From Podarcis vaucheri (Eukaryota): a stretch of DNA of 64,000 nucleotides. Made by a program: the position numbers and the translations under genes. The notes under the pieces are model-generated. The model was not told the DNA's origin. It did no database searches and worked only from the letters and a program-made list of their open reading frames with translations. Shown in pieces: positions 11,143 through 22,600 of this stretch. Position 1 is the stretch's first letter. Every line of letters begins with the position of its first letter. The DNA lies in the NCBI GenBank assembly GCA_965113315.1, contig OZ220382.1, one strand, 5' to 3'.

Positions 11143-11515
11143 GTTTCTTTTTCTTTTCTTTTTCTTTTTATTTCAAAACCAAAAAAAATTTACAAACATC
11201 AAATTCAAAATCCATATTCATTTTATAATTTAAGCCTATTATATAGATTACCTAAATTAAAATATATCTAAATACTCTAGGCTTCCAATTGTTGTATGTA
11301 AATACAACACAATTAACAAATTATATTATAAATGATATTATTAGTTCCCAAATACCCCCACTCCCCTTCACCCATGTGTGATCTCAGTATTTTACTTCTT
11401 CCATCTTGTTGTGTTGTTAATAATTTAATAATTATTCAATTGATTTTATTATTATTTTCTTGCTTACCCCTGCATGTTTTACACATTCTCTATTAATATT
11501 TCAATTCCGGAACCG
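11143..11515 (-). mobile_element. L1 3' end (ORF2 stop, 3'UTR, AATAAA, A-rich tail); copies +15100 and +28947; partial copy 1335-1510
   Basis: Homologous to the longer L1 ends at 49658-50270 and 60665-61250. The plus strand shows a tttctttt... tract and tttatt. Confidence 0.7.
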
Positions 11516-11876
11516 GGGGGCCGAAAGCTTTCATTAGGTGATATACAGCATTGTTGGGCAGGATAGTAGCCCAAACATACCTAGAAACATAATGAATTAT
11601 AACAGAAACATATTGCTTCCCAGTACTGGTTTTCTGCAAGGGACCCACCAAATCCATCCCTTTTCTTTTTTTATACTAAGCTTTTCAGAGTGGGACAGGT
11701 GCACAAAAGGGTTGCAAAACATGAGTCAAACAGTAGTATGATGCAGCCTTTTTTGCTGTTAGGATCCCCTCTTTTTTTTTGTTAATTAATCCCTGAATGA
11801 ACCTCTCTAATGATTGTTGTGCCTGATAAAGCACTGCATCTTCACTTCTTTTGCAGACAGAATGAAAAAACAAATG

Positions 11877-12210
11877 TTTTTCTTTTTCTTTGTGTTTTTG
11901 GGTGTGAAAAATAACTTTATTTTCAAGCCCCACTGAGTGAAGAAATAAGAAGAACTATCAATAGGGATCATACAGACCAGCATTCATATTTGATAAAGCT
12001 CTGTTTCAACATTGTCCATTCAAAAGATGACTAGAGGTCTCAGGAGCCTTCCCGTCAATTGGTCCTTTAGTCATCTGCAATCCCCCCCCCACAGCAGTAT
12101 CAATTTTGATATACAAAAGTGCCAAACAGAATATGTTAAGTTTGCAAATTCATATAAAAAGCCTGGAATACAGAAGATCCATTCATATGCAGCTTGTACA
12201 GCCATACAGC
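11877..12210 (-). other. Unidentified retroposed 3'UTR with AATAAA and decayed poly(A) (shorter paralogs 13382-13553, 62525-62585)
   Basis: Minus strand ends ...gggcttgaaAATAAAgttatttttcacacccaaaaacacaaagaaaaagaaaaac. Confidence 0.55.
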
Positions 12211-12211
12211 T

Positions 12212-12930
12212 TCCAAAACAAGGCATTTATACCGTTCATAGTCTAGCGCGTGGGACAAAGGAAGATGCCCCACGAGATCCGCCAACTCCCCACTAATCAA
12301 CATCTTCAGAATAGACATATACAGTCTTGAAGGGAGCTCCAGTTCCCGGCAGGTTAGTTCGAATAAAGTCAGATAGCTCAGGACATGCATGGGGGGTTTA
12401 TACGCAGGGAAAAGACGTAAGTCAAAATCCCTCAGGGTAAACTCACGAGTAATGCGCCTTGGAACCACATCTCGTGGCTCTTGGTCATAGCTGTACCTTG
12501 GGGCAGAGCGATAACTCAGGCTCGTCCATCCGGACGCTGAGGTTCCTGCCCTTCATACCTGTAAGAGGGTCTGGGATGCAGCCCGTACCCCTCCTCTTCT
12601 TCGTACCACCGAACCGGCCCGTGGGGCTCCCAAGACCTTTCTGGCGAATATATCTGGGCTGCGCTAGGCGGTCGATACTTCATTGGTCAGCGACTTTCCT
12701 GGGGTGGGCGCTCCGGCTCTCAATAGTCGTCCTCTGCCCGAATCTCCCTTGGTCATTGCGGTGGTCCCTTGTAGTCATACTCCTGCCGTCTAGTCTGTGG
12801 GGCTGCAACAATGGAGTGACCCACTCGGGGATACTTTTCCCGACATAGGAATCCTCCCCGGGTACGACCCTGCACCCACTTGACTGCTTGGCCAGGCAAA
12901 AGCTCCATTCCCCTCGGCTGGGCCAACGGC
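12212..12930 (-). mobile_element. Gypsy (Gmr1-like, SCAN-related) gag fragment
   Basis: FPAYKPPMHVLSYLTLFELTCRELELPSRLYMSILKMLISGELADLVGHLPLSHALDYERYK.LVL fits the Gmr1-type capsid pattern. The upstream Pro/Arg/Glu-rich frame is broken by TGA stops, consistent with CGA decay. Confidence 0.75.
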
Positions 12931-12952
12931 TTTGAACTTGACTCGAGGAGTT

Positions 12953-13150
12953 GAGGTTTGCGCTTCATTCCTGGGTTTAACTTGGGACTTTTGCCAGTGT
13001 ATTTCTGAGATTCTGGTTCACAAGAATGGTCAATTTCAACCTGGTGCTTTTCATTAAGAAGGGGAATAGTGAAGAGCGAAATCAGAGCCAGTTGCAGCAG
13101 TGTCAGACCATTGAACAAGGCAACAACATAGGTGAACACCCACACTATAA
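12953..13150 (-). pseudogene. RTN4: Reticulon (RTN4-like) processed C-terminal fragment, piece c
   Basis: Reads WVFTYVVALFNGLTLLQLALISLFTIPLLNEKHQVEIDH/LVNQNLRNTLAKV/PGMKRKP, compared with RTN4 ...IYERHQAQIDHYLGLANKNVKDAMAKIQAKIPGLKRKAE. It runs across several small RHD exons without introns. Confidence 0.88.
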
Positions 13151-13649
13151 ACTTTTTGTTTGTACTAAACTTTTCAATTTTTTGTACTAAGCTTTTCAGA
13201 GAGGGAAAGGCACGTGAAAGGGTTGTGAAACACGAATATGATGCAGCCTTTTTGGCTGTTAGGATCCCCTCTTCTTTTTTGTTAATTAATCCCTGAATGA
13301 ACCTCTCTAATGATTGTGCCTGATGAAACACTGCGTCTTTCTTCTCTTCTTTTGCAGACCGAATGAAAATCCAAATAAATGTTTTTCTTTTTCTTGGTTT
13401 TTTTGGATGTGAAAAATGACTTTTCTTTCAATCCCCACTGAATGAAGAAATAATAAGAACTATCGATAGGGATCATACAGACCAGAATTCATATTTGATA
13501 AAGCTCTGTTTCAACGTTGTCCATTCGAAAGATGACTAGAGGTCTCAGGAGCCCCTGCCACTCACGCGCACCCGGATCCACTACTCTCCCCTACTGGAAG
13601 AGCACTGGTGGTGGGGTGACTCCTCCTGGATCCTGGCTGAGGTCCAAGG

Positions 13650-13762
13650 AATGGCTTGTCCCACCCCCTACTGGATGGTCCCTGAGAGGCGGACCAAGGC
13701 AATGCAAGCCACCACACTCACAACACTCAACACGGTGAATGAGAGCGGCAGGAAAAAGCTGT
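13650..13762 (-). pseudogene. RTN4: Reticulon first hydrophobic segment, piece d (copies 28750-28862, 42596-42708, 51275-51385, 62600-62710)
   Basis: Reads SFFLPLSFTVLSVVSVVACIALVRLSGTI. The 51.3 kb copy continues QYRVGQAIQ. Compare RTN4 [42 protein letters not shown]. Confidence 0.75.
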
Positions 13763-13770
13763 TTAAATTC

Positions 13771-14540
13771 TTTCTTGTTCTTTTTTGGGAGAGTGCATGA
13801 GGTTGTTGTCTTAATTACAAAAAAATCAAATTACAATATCATACAGAGACTTTTTACACACAGAATATTAGAATGGTTTCTTACCAGAAGGTAAAGAAAA
13901 TATATTCTTTTTTCCTTTCTTTATTGATAAGCCACTTACAAGTTTTTAAGCTATTGTTATACAAAGTTGCAGGGCATGCACAATTTTCCTTCGATAGGGT
14001 TTGCTCTTTTCACCGCCCCCCATTTCTTATCTTTTCATTTTTTGCTAAGTGCAAATACTAGATTTCTTTCTCCACCTTTTAAGGCAAGTTAAATGCGACA
14101 CTGCAAATTGAAAGTCCTTCTTTATATCTCCAGCACAGTACAATCTCAGTCCAGTACTTCACAATCCTGACCAGCAAAACTCACAGTATCAGCAGCACAC
14201 ATTGTCTTACTTCCAACCTTGTTGTCAGCGTGTGTGCTGAGAGTTTGTGTTTTTGTGTGTGTGTGTTTGGAGTGAGTGTGCTTTCCTTGTATGGACATTG
14301 CAGCCTGCAACTTCCTCTCTTTATTTGCACCTCCAGGGGACACCAATCAATCCTAGAGTGCCACTCCTAGGCACTAAAGAGAATTCTGGAACACTTTTTA
14401 AAGCTTCCAGGAACTTTTATCTTTTTCTTAAAGAACCTTTTCCAAACACCCCCTCTCATTTGAACAGAACCAATACAGTATTGTAAACATATACAAAAGT
14501 ATTCACACATCATACAACACAATTCCCAACTTTATAACCA
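13771..14540 (-). other. Unidentified long 3'UTR-like segment ending in poly(A) (clearest at 51400-51417; also 1-680)
   Basis: Minus strand ends ...taattaagacaacaacttgtgcactctgcAAAAAAAAAAAgaacaagaaag in the 51.4 kb copy. Confidence 0.45.
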
Positions 14541-15585
14541 GTTGTGCATGTTGTTGCTTTCAATTATTGTCTTTCTTTCACTTAACAAAAATCTTCCATC
14601 ACTGGATCTCTTGACCAAGATAGTTCTTTGCTGGTCCTAAATATTTTACTTTGAACCATTTCCTTAATTGTGTTGCAAACTCCTTTCCCCCAAGAATTCT
14701 TGTAGCTGCCCCATCGCTATCGCCTCCACCAGTTTGTCCCAAATTGCGGGGGGGGGGGGGGTTAATTAACATTCCAATTTCTCCTCCATTTTGCCTTGCT
14801 AGCCAGTCCCATTTCCTTGGCTCTTTGTGGTGAAATTCCTCAATGTGACCTAGATGTGTTCATCCACATCTGTCATACGTTCCACTCGGCTGTCTGTGCT
14901 CTACGCTAAATTTATTGTTTTGTCCCATAGGCTGGCTTAAGATGTGATGATAAAACTAAAGATTTTGCTTTAGTTGCCAATCATTCTGGTTCCGTCTTCT
15001 TCGTTAAAAATTGTTTATTTGTTTGGAAGCCTGTTATGATGCCCTGCAGTATGCAAATAGATAAAATCAAATGTTTCCCCTCCCGTCTCCTCCATCTTTG
15101 CCTCTCCAGCCTGGCGTGGCCATTCATATTTGTCGCATGTCCCTTGCTGCTAACAGGGCCCTGGGCTTCCCGCGGCTGATGGTGACAGTCATTTGCAAAC
15201 AAACATCAAATTCAAAATCCATACTCATTTTCTAACACAAGCCTATTACATAGATTACCTAAATTAAAATATATCTAATTGCACTAGGCTTCCCTTTGCT
15301 GTATGTAAATACAATGCAATCAACAGATTATATTATAAATGATATTATAGGTTCCCATATACCCCCCACTTCACCCCCCAAAAATGTTGTTAAAAAACTA
15401 TATTCCAAAATATACATACAAGCTGCATATATGCAAAGTTGTTTTTTTTTTGTTGCCCTTATTTCTGAGTAAACGACAGATCAGTCCACATTTGTCACAA
15501 GCTGTTGCAATGTTGGAAGTGTGCGATTTGAGTAAGAAATCTCTTGACCAGTAAATTAGCATGAAGAATCTGAGTGTTCAGAGCT

Positions 15586-15617
<32 letters not shown>

Positions 15618-17230
15618 TGCAAGGGATTCAGTCTGCTTGGAGAAAAGGAATGAGAAAGTACATGAAGATTGTGGAAAAACTTGGAATGTGTCATTCTGCA
15701 AAGTACTAATATTGCCGTAGTAAAACAAGCCAAGCTAAGAAGAGTCACTCAGGATATTCAGGATTGAAACACACACCATTGGAGGGACATCTTTTCAGCA
15801 TAGAATCCTACCATGACCAACATTTTAAATTTGGCTAGGCACCCTGTGATTATACTGGATTTTGGTGTTTTGATGTTGCTTATATTAGTGTGTATTTTAT
15901 ATGCTAAAGTTCAACATTTGTATGGGGGAAAGGTATAGGTTTTTTTCCTCAGAGAGGGAAGGAGGAACAGATTAGCTAAGCATGGAAGAGGTAACCGTGT
16001 TGGACCAAGGGGTGGAGTTTATGGGCAATCTATCCGGAAGACATTTGTATTTCGAGGAGTTAGTGGTCTGACATGGTTACCCTTCCTGCCTTCTCTTTCT
16101 TCTCCCTCTCTAGCTCCTGAGCCATGTATCAGAAGATTTTTAATGCTGGATGTTTTTAGATATGCTGTAAGCCCTCCAGAGTCCCTTGGGAAAGCCAGCC
16201 AAATGGGTGGGGTATAAAGATGATGATGATGGTGGTGATGATAATTTATACATATAGCTGATGCACAGAAACTGTGCAAAATCTTGCAATGTTTATATTT
16301 TGAAAGGTGAATTCTACAATCACGGTTGCAAACCCTTTCTTTTTGCATGGTGCCTAGTCACTGATCTAAGTGACAGCGGACTTCTGTATAAGAGCTACTG
16401 CTGGATCACACTAGGTTGATGGCATTCACTGTACCATCAACCCAATATTTTTTTTAAAAAATCCCCCCCTATGTTGGGTGGAATTTAGTTCACAAGAATG
16501 GTCAATTTCAATCCAATGGTTTTCATAAGGGGAATAGTGAAGAGAGAAATGAGAGCCGGTTTCAGCCTTGTCAGCCCATTGAACAAGGCACCTACATAGG
16601 TGAACAGCCACATTCACACCACTAACGTCAGTGATTTCACTAAAAACAATTTTAAAAGGAGCCCTAAGATATGGCCATGGCTGTTGGAAAAGTTACGAGT
16701 CACTGCACATTGTTTTTGTCATTGTCTTTTGTTAGCCATCTGTTATCAGGCCATCAGCTACAGGGTCATACAATGAAAATATTTTTCTATGCTCCTATTT
16801 TGGGACAAAAAAAGAGAGGCCCTAGCGGTTTTTTAAACAAACTAAACAGCTAATATTATCGTCCCTTGGTAAAACCAAGTCACCCCATGATTTCTTAGAC
16901 TAAAAAAGCACTAGAAATCAACATTTGTAAGGGCAGTACAGAATTGACCAAGTGTGAAGCCTGGAGCACTTACAAGTGGCACACACAAAATGTAAGCCAC
17001 AAAGAGCAACGTGAAGGTGTTTCCATGCGATGGCTACCTTTGTGCCGCAAGGTATAATGTGCATATTGGTTGGCATTCCAAACCATTCTTCTCCATGGCA
17101 CGGCAAAGCCTGAGAAAGGCTTGCAGTATCACAACAAGGCTGGGTAGCCAAGTTAAAAAAACAACCACCACCAAGCCTGCCGCACCCCCTGTGTGGCAGT
17201 AATGTGTGCCAGCTCTCACAATTCCATTTC

Positions 17231-17610
17231 TCAGAAGCAGTCATTTGATGAATACAGTGCAAAGTCTCTGAGGTTTATGAGGCTCTTGCTAATCCGCAGC
17301 CTAGGCTTTAAGTTGCACCTCACTGGGTGGCAGCCTATGTAGTTTTCAGCCGCATTGCCCCTCCTAGGCAGCCTGGAAACCATGTGATTCAGCTTGGACT
17401 GGATGACAGAGTAGTGGAATTCCCTCTCCTTGTTCAGCTTGCGGAAATAGTCTGTCCTGTGGTTGGCAGCATAGTCTATGGACCTCAGGGATGTCAGCGA
17501 GCCCGTAGAGCTTGCCCAGGAGCAGTGGGAAGACAGTGAAGAAAGCCACCGAGCGCTAGATGAAGTTGAAGTGGCCTTCCGAGAAATGGGAGATACTTCT
17601 TTAGATAGCA
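17231..17610 (-). pseudogene. Unidentified coding-like fragment in the B-specific block (copy 46178-46557)
   Basis: GC-rich segment with protein-like frames VAFFTVFPLLLGKLYGLAD and IDYAANHRTDYFRKLNKEREFHYSVIQSKLNHMVSRLP. Parent not recognised. Confidence 0.35.
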
Positions 17611-19285
17611 TCCTCTGAGTGTAAAACTTCGTTATGGACACATGACTTGTGGGGTTTAGTTCACCCTGGGGTTTTAGCTTGGACATTTGCTGAGGGGTCA
17701 AGAGGTGTGGAATTTGAGTCTGGTCCTTCCACAGGTTGGGAAGAAGGAGGTGGGAGGCTGTCCCCAATCTGAGAACAGGACAGCACTTCCTTCTCTTCCC
17801 TCTTTCTTCACTGCCCCCTTATAACATGCATTTCCCTCCACAGCCTTTCCCAGTCATTTTGATATTTCTCCAGGAAACCCCATTTTTCTTGTCTTTCATT
17901 CAGTTGGAAGTATTGGAGCTAGTCTGCCAAATATATATGGATTTCAAAGTTCTTAATTTATTAATTTTCATTAGATTCTGCAAATCATTAGATTCTGCAA
18001 ATAGCAGGAGCATGAAGAATTTATTTTCTCTGTTTCCGTTTCCAGCAATCTATAAATAAGGACATTCAATGAACCACGTCAAGAAGTCATTCAAATAAGT
18101 TTGCAGGCTGCATGCAGTTCCAGGCTTTCTCTTGCTAATGTTTTTCTTTATTAAAAAAATAATAATATCACAGAGCCCAAGACAGAATCTCAAGGAGGAA
18201 GTATCTCTTTGTTTCAGTTTCACGTTGACTCCTGAGTTGTTTGGTTCACACAAGTGCTTGTTCCAATGGCGGCTGCTTCGCACTGCAGATCTGGAAGACG
18301 GGATTTTGCTGTGTAACGCTTTTGTGGAAATGTCACTTACTGGCAACATTCACTGGGCACTGAGAGAGATAAAAAGCTGCAATCCAGTGACCACCTGGAT
18401 AGTACACGGGGGGGACGGACCCTGCTCACGGACCTGCACTGGATCCCACCATGCAGGGGAGAGGGAGAAAAAGGAGAGAGCCATAGCACTCTGACTGGGG
18501 ATCCTTGCCCAGGGAAAACGAGATGCCAAACTGCACCCACATCCAACGTCTGGGTTGACATTCACCAAGTACATCTGTCTGCATGCAGGCATCCTTGGAT
18601 CCTGGCCTGTAGCTTTTCCGGCTAGTCCTTTATTTAGATATGGTGTGTGACTATGGGTTTTTTTGGGGGGTGGGTGGGGGCGAGGGTGTTCCTCTTTTCT
18701 TTTCCATTGTGAAGTACAAAAAAACAACAAAAAACATTTAACCATTTCTCCCTTACGTACATGTTGAAGTAGAATCGATAACTGGTTAGCATATGTACAA
18801 AATCTTTACAGAATTCTATCTTGTAGCTTTAAAAAAATAAAAATATGGATATTGTTCAAGACAGCAGGTCTCTCATTAATATTTCAATTAAGGCTTCATT
18901 ATTGTATATCCGCCATTATTTTAACGACTGTCAGGGGCTCAGAGGGGGGAGGGGGGCAAGACTCCTTCAGCAGGGACAGCTTGAGTTTGTTTATAATTAG
19001 CTACTGACTTCCCCCGTAGAACCTGCTGCCAGTCTCTTCTGCATCTTTCTTGGCCACAAGAATCCAATGTATTCCAAACAGATTTAAATCGTGATCTCCG
19101 GGAGAAGATGAAGAAGAAAAAGAAATCTTACTGTGCTGTTTATTTCCCCCCCACACCCCAACATTAATTAAAAAATAATAATTTAATCCTCCCTCTATTC
19201 TTTTTTTTTAATAAAAAAGTTAAAAGAGGTTTCTGATTAAATAATTCTGAGAAGAAAAGGTTTGATGCAGCCGCGTCTGGAAGGG

Positions 19286-19641
19286 TCAGAGCGAAGATGC
19301 TGGTGCGGGAGGTCGGCTGGTCCCGGTGGCTGATGGAGGTTCTGCTCCCCTTCTGCTGCTAAGCACGAAGTCCGTGGGGAGGCTCTCCAGAAGGCACTTG
19401 AGCTGTTCCTGCCCTAGCTTGATCTTGCTGGCCAACTCGCGCTGTTCCAGATTTCATCTTCACGAAATGCTGGTAGTCTCGGAGCTGCTCCCCCGAGAGG
19501 TAATTGCATAGGATGTCCAAGACCACGTGCTTTCGCCGGTCCAGGTTCTCCTTCAGCTCGCGGGCGTCTTCGTGCTGGCCAGCCAGCATCTTCCGCTTCT
19601 TGTTCAGAGAGCTCCATTCTTGGTTATCCACATCCTCACTG
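19286..19641 (-). pseudogene. SHROOM3: SHROOM3-like ASD2 fragment, copy 2
   Basis: ORF 19359-19631 has the same translation as 3775-4047. Confidence 0.88.
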
Positions 19642-22600
19642 TCGCATGTCCCGCTCCGCTACCTATGGCGTGTGTCTCTTGCAGCTGATGGTGGTTGTAA
19701 TTTGATTCCCCATAACAACAACCCAACGGGGGATGTTGGCCCCCTCAATATTGGGGGGATTGAGCCCCCATGGCCAGGATTCAACCCAGAGGGGAATGCA
19801 TTTTATTATCTGTGTTTTCCAATAATTCTTGTAGCTTCCCCACCGCTATCGTCTCCACCAGTTTGCCCCAGATTTGGAAGGGGGAGGGTAATTTATTATA
19901 TACATAATTTGCTTTCAGGCTGCACTTCAAATGTGCAAAAGCATACACTCTGACAGCACCAGAAAAAAAAGGTTAACAGTTTTTACCTGATTTGTCACAT
20001 TGTGTTAAACACAATGAGCTTCACAAAAAAAGAACATGGAATCTAGAAGCATCCTAAGTTATATGCTAGCACTTGATTGTAGTACTCTGACCCAACAAAA
20101 GAAATAGAAACCCAACATAGTCATCACAATTAATTTACTAGTCTCTTCAAGACTGTATTTTCTTTCCAGTGTTTTGGTCTCCTGCTATACATGTAGAAAT
20201 ACACTTTGGGTAATTAAATTTACAGAAAGCCAAAGCCAAATAAAAATTAGTTATGCTGGGGAAAAATCGGGGGCTTATAAGAAATATGATTTTAAGATTT
20301 TCTACATAGCTTCCCCACTGCTATCGTCTCCACCAATTTTTCCCAGATTTGGAGGGGGTATTAACATTCCAATTTCTCCTCCATCTTTCTTCCTCTCCCC
20401 CCCTTTTGAGAAAAGGTTTGGCTCATCCGAAAATTTTACTTGCAAGACAGAAGTTATTGGCCTGTCCTTTTAGCTTCTGTTGTCCCTTTGTGTTCTGAGG
20501 TGTTCAACCTCAGAAAAGGTTGAGTGCTTTAAGTGAGGCAAACGTTCTTTGATGGCAGGATGTGAATTGTGGAGGAGATTAAACATTGAATGGTTTTGTG
20601 CCATAGGCTGTATTTAGAAGTGTTAATTATTGTTTTTGTGTGCCTGATTATTCTGTTAGGGCTTCTGTCCCCCTCGCCATGTTTCTTTCACACTACATTA
20701 CCTGTTGTTTCATGGAACTGTGTTTTTTCCATCTTTTACAAAGGAAATGGGGCTGCTGCAGTTGGAAAGATGCCTTGCTTGGTCATATGGCACAAATGGT
20801 TGGAGCCCCATGGTATTAAAGTTTAAAACACGCCTGCAAGGAGCACTCTAAATGTTCTGCCATTTGGGTGCAATCAAACTGTAGAATCTTTTAGCTTTCT
20901 CTGTCCCTATGTGTTTTGAGATGTTCATCCTCAGAAAAGGTTGAGCGTTTTAAGTGAGACAAAAGTTCTTTGATGGCAGGGTGTGAATTGTGGAGCAGAT
21001 TATACATTTTAGATAGATATTTTCCTTTAGGCTGGATTAGAGTTCCCTTTAGTTTTGATATTTCTCCAGCAAACCCTATTTTCTTTGTTTTTCATTCAGT
21101 TGGAAGTATTGGAGCCAGCCTGACAAATACATATGGATGTCAAAGTCCTTTCCTCTTAATTTATTAATTTCCCCCTCTAATAACATTTTATATGTTGCCC
21201 GATTTCCCTTCATGTTTTTCTTCCTCAAGCCAAAGGCTTCAATGTGTGAAATGCACCAAGGGCTTGTAGGTTCTAGGAGACATTTATATTTCATCCATGG
21301 ATTATATAAGGTCTGAGTTGTGTGGCTGCATATTCTGGTAAGGTGTCGGCAAGGGATTGAATCTTGGTGCAGAAAATGAGAAAGGACACTTGTGTTGAGG
21401 GGTTTTGGGATACCCCGCTGCGAGTAACACAGGTGCATCCTCCGCAAATTTGGAGTGTGTGCAGTAACTGAAAAGTTCATTAAGGGCAGGGTGTGAACTG
21501 TCTGGCTGTACCACCAGAAGGCATGTTTGGAACGGAATCCATTTTGGTGTAGGAAAGGCTGAAGCATACAGATTGCTGATGTATGTACAGAAACTGTGGA
21601 GAAACCGGCAATTTTTTATTTCAAAAGGAAAGATAGTACTTGAGCAGCAGCTATGAAGAGGAAAGCAGAAACTGTGGGAAATCCTGTAATTCTATTTACA
21701 TAGTATAGAGGAAGGGGGTGGGATGGTGGGGGGCTGCGGAAACCACCCTTCTGGAAATGGCACCGATGATGAAGCCAGGAACTCGGCCTGCTTTGCTCCA
21801 TGTCTCATTAGAAGCAGAAGAAGAAGGAGGAGGAGGAGGAAGAGGAGGAGGACAGGACGGAGCAGCCAGCTCTTTGCTGCTTTCCAAGCAGAGCACCCTT
21901 TCTGGCTGTTAGGATCACCTCCTCTTCTTTGTGAATTAATCCCTGAATGCACCTCCCTAATGACTGTGCCAGATGTAGCACTGCCTTTCACTTCTCTCCT
22001 CTTGCAGAGAGAATGAAAAAGCCAGATAAATGTGCTTGGGATTCTTCAAGTCCAGAATCTGGCTCTTGTGGATCACTTGCTGGCTGATTCCAGAGGCTGC
22101 ACAATGTGTTAGGTTTCTCTGTCCCTATGTGTTCAGAGGTGTTCATCCTCAGAGAAGGTTGAGCGTTTTAAGTGAGACAAAAGTTCTATAATGGCAGGGT
22201 GTGAATTATGGAGGAGATTATACATTTTAGATAGAAATTTTCCTTTATGCTGGATTAGAGTTCCCTTTAGTTTTGATATTTCTCCAGCAAACCCTATTTT
22301 CCTTGTCTTTCATTCAGTTGGAAGTATTGGAGCCAGCCTGACAAATACATATGGATGTCAAAGTCCTTTCCTCTTAATTTATTAATTTCCCCCTCTAATA
22401 ACATTTTATATGTTGCCCGATTTCCCTTCATGTTTTTCTTCCTCAAGCCAAAGGCTTCAATGTGTGAAATGTACCAAGGGCTTGTAGGTTCCAGGAGATA
22501 TTTATATTTCATCCATGGATTATATAAGGTCTGAGTTGTGTGGCTGCATCTTCTGGTAAGGTGTTGGCAAGGGATTGAATCTTGGTGCAGAAAAGGAGAA

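Larger units (their letters stand above)
1..13854. repeat. Array unit A1 (boundary arbitrary)
   Basis: Lacks the 1.7 kb B-specific block and keeps the long third sub-repeat. Near-identical to 28955-42801. Confidence 0.93.

Noticed and set aside
12212-12930. Intact LTR retrotransposon or giant mobile element defining the unit
   Set aside because: I found no LTR pair, pol, TIRs or Helitron ends bounding the unit, and the units are simply head to tail.
13315-13340. Hammerhead ribozyme (CTGATGA...GAAAC)
   Set aside because: There is no stem II between the motifs, and paralogous copies do not conserve the core.
6318-13380. CRISPR array
   Set aside because: The repeats are ~200 bp, degenerate and irregularly spaced in vertebrate DNA, and no cas genes are present. 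The resemblance is only an analogy.
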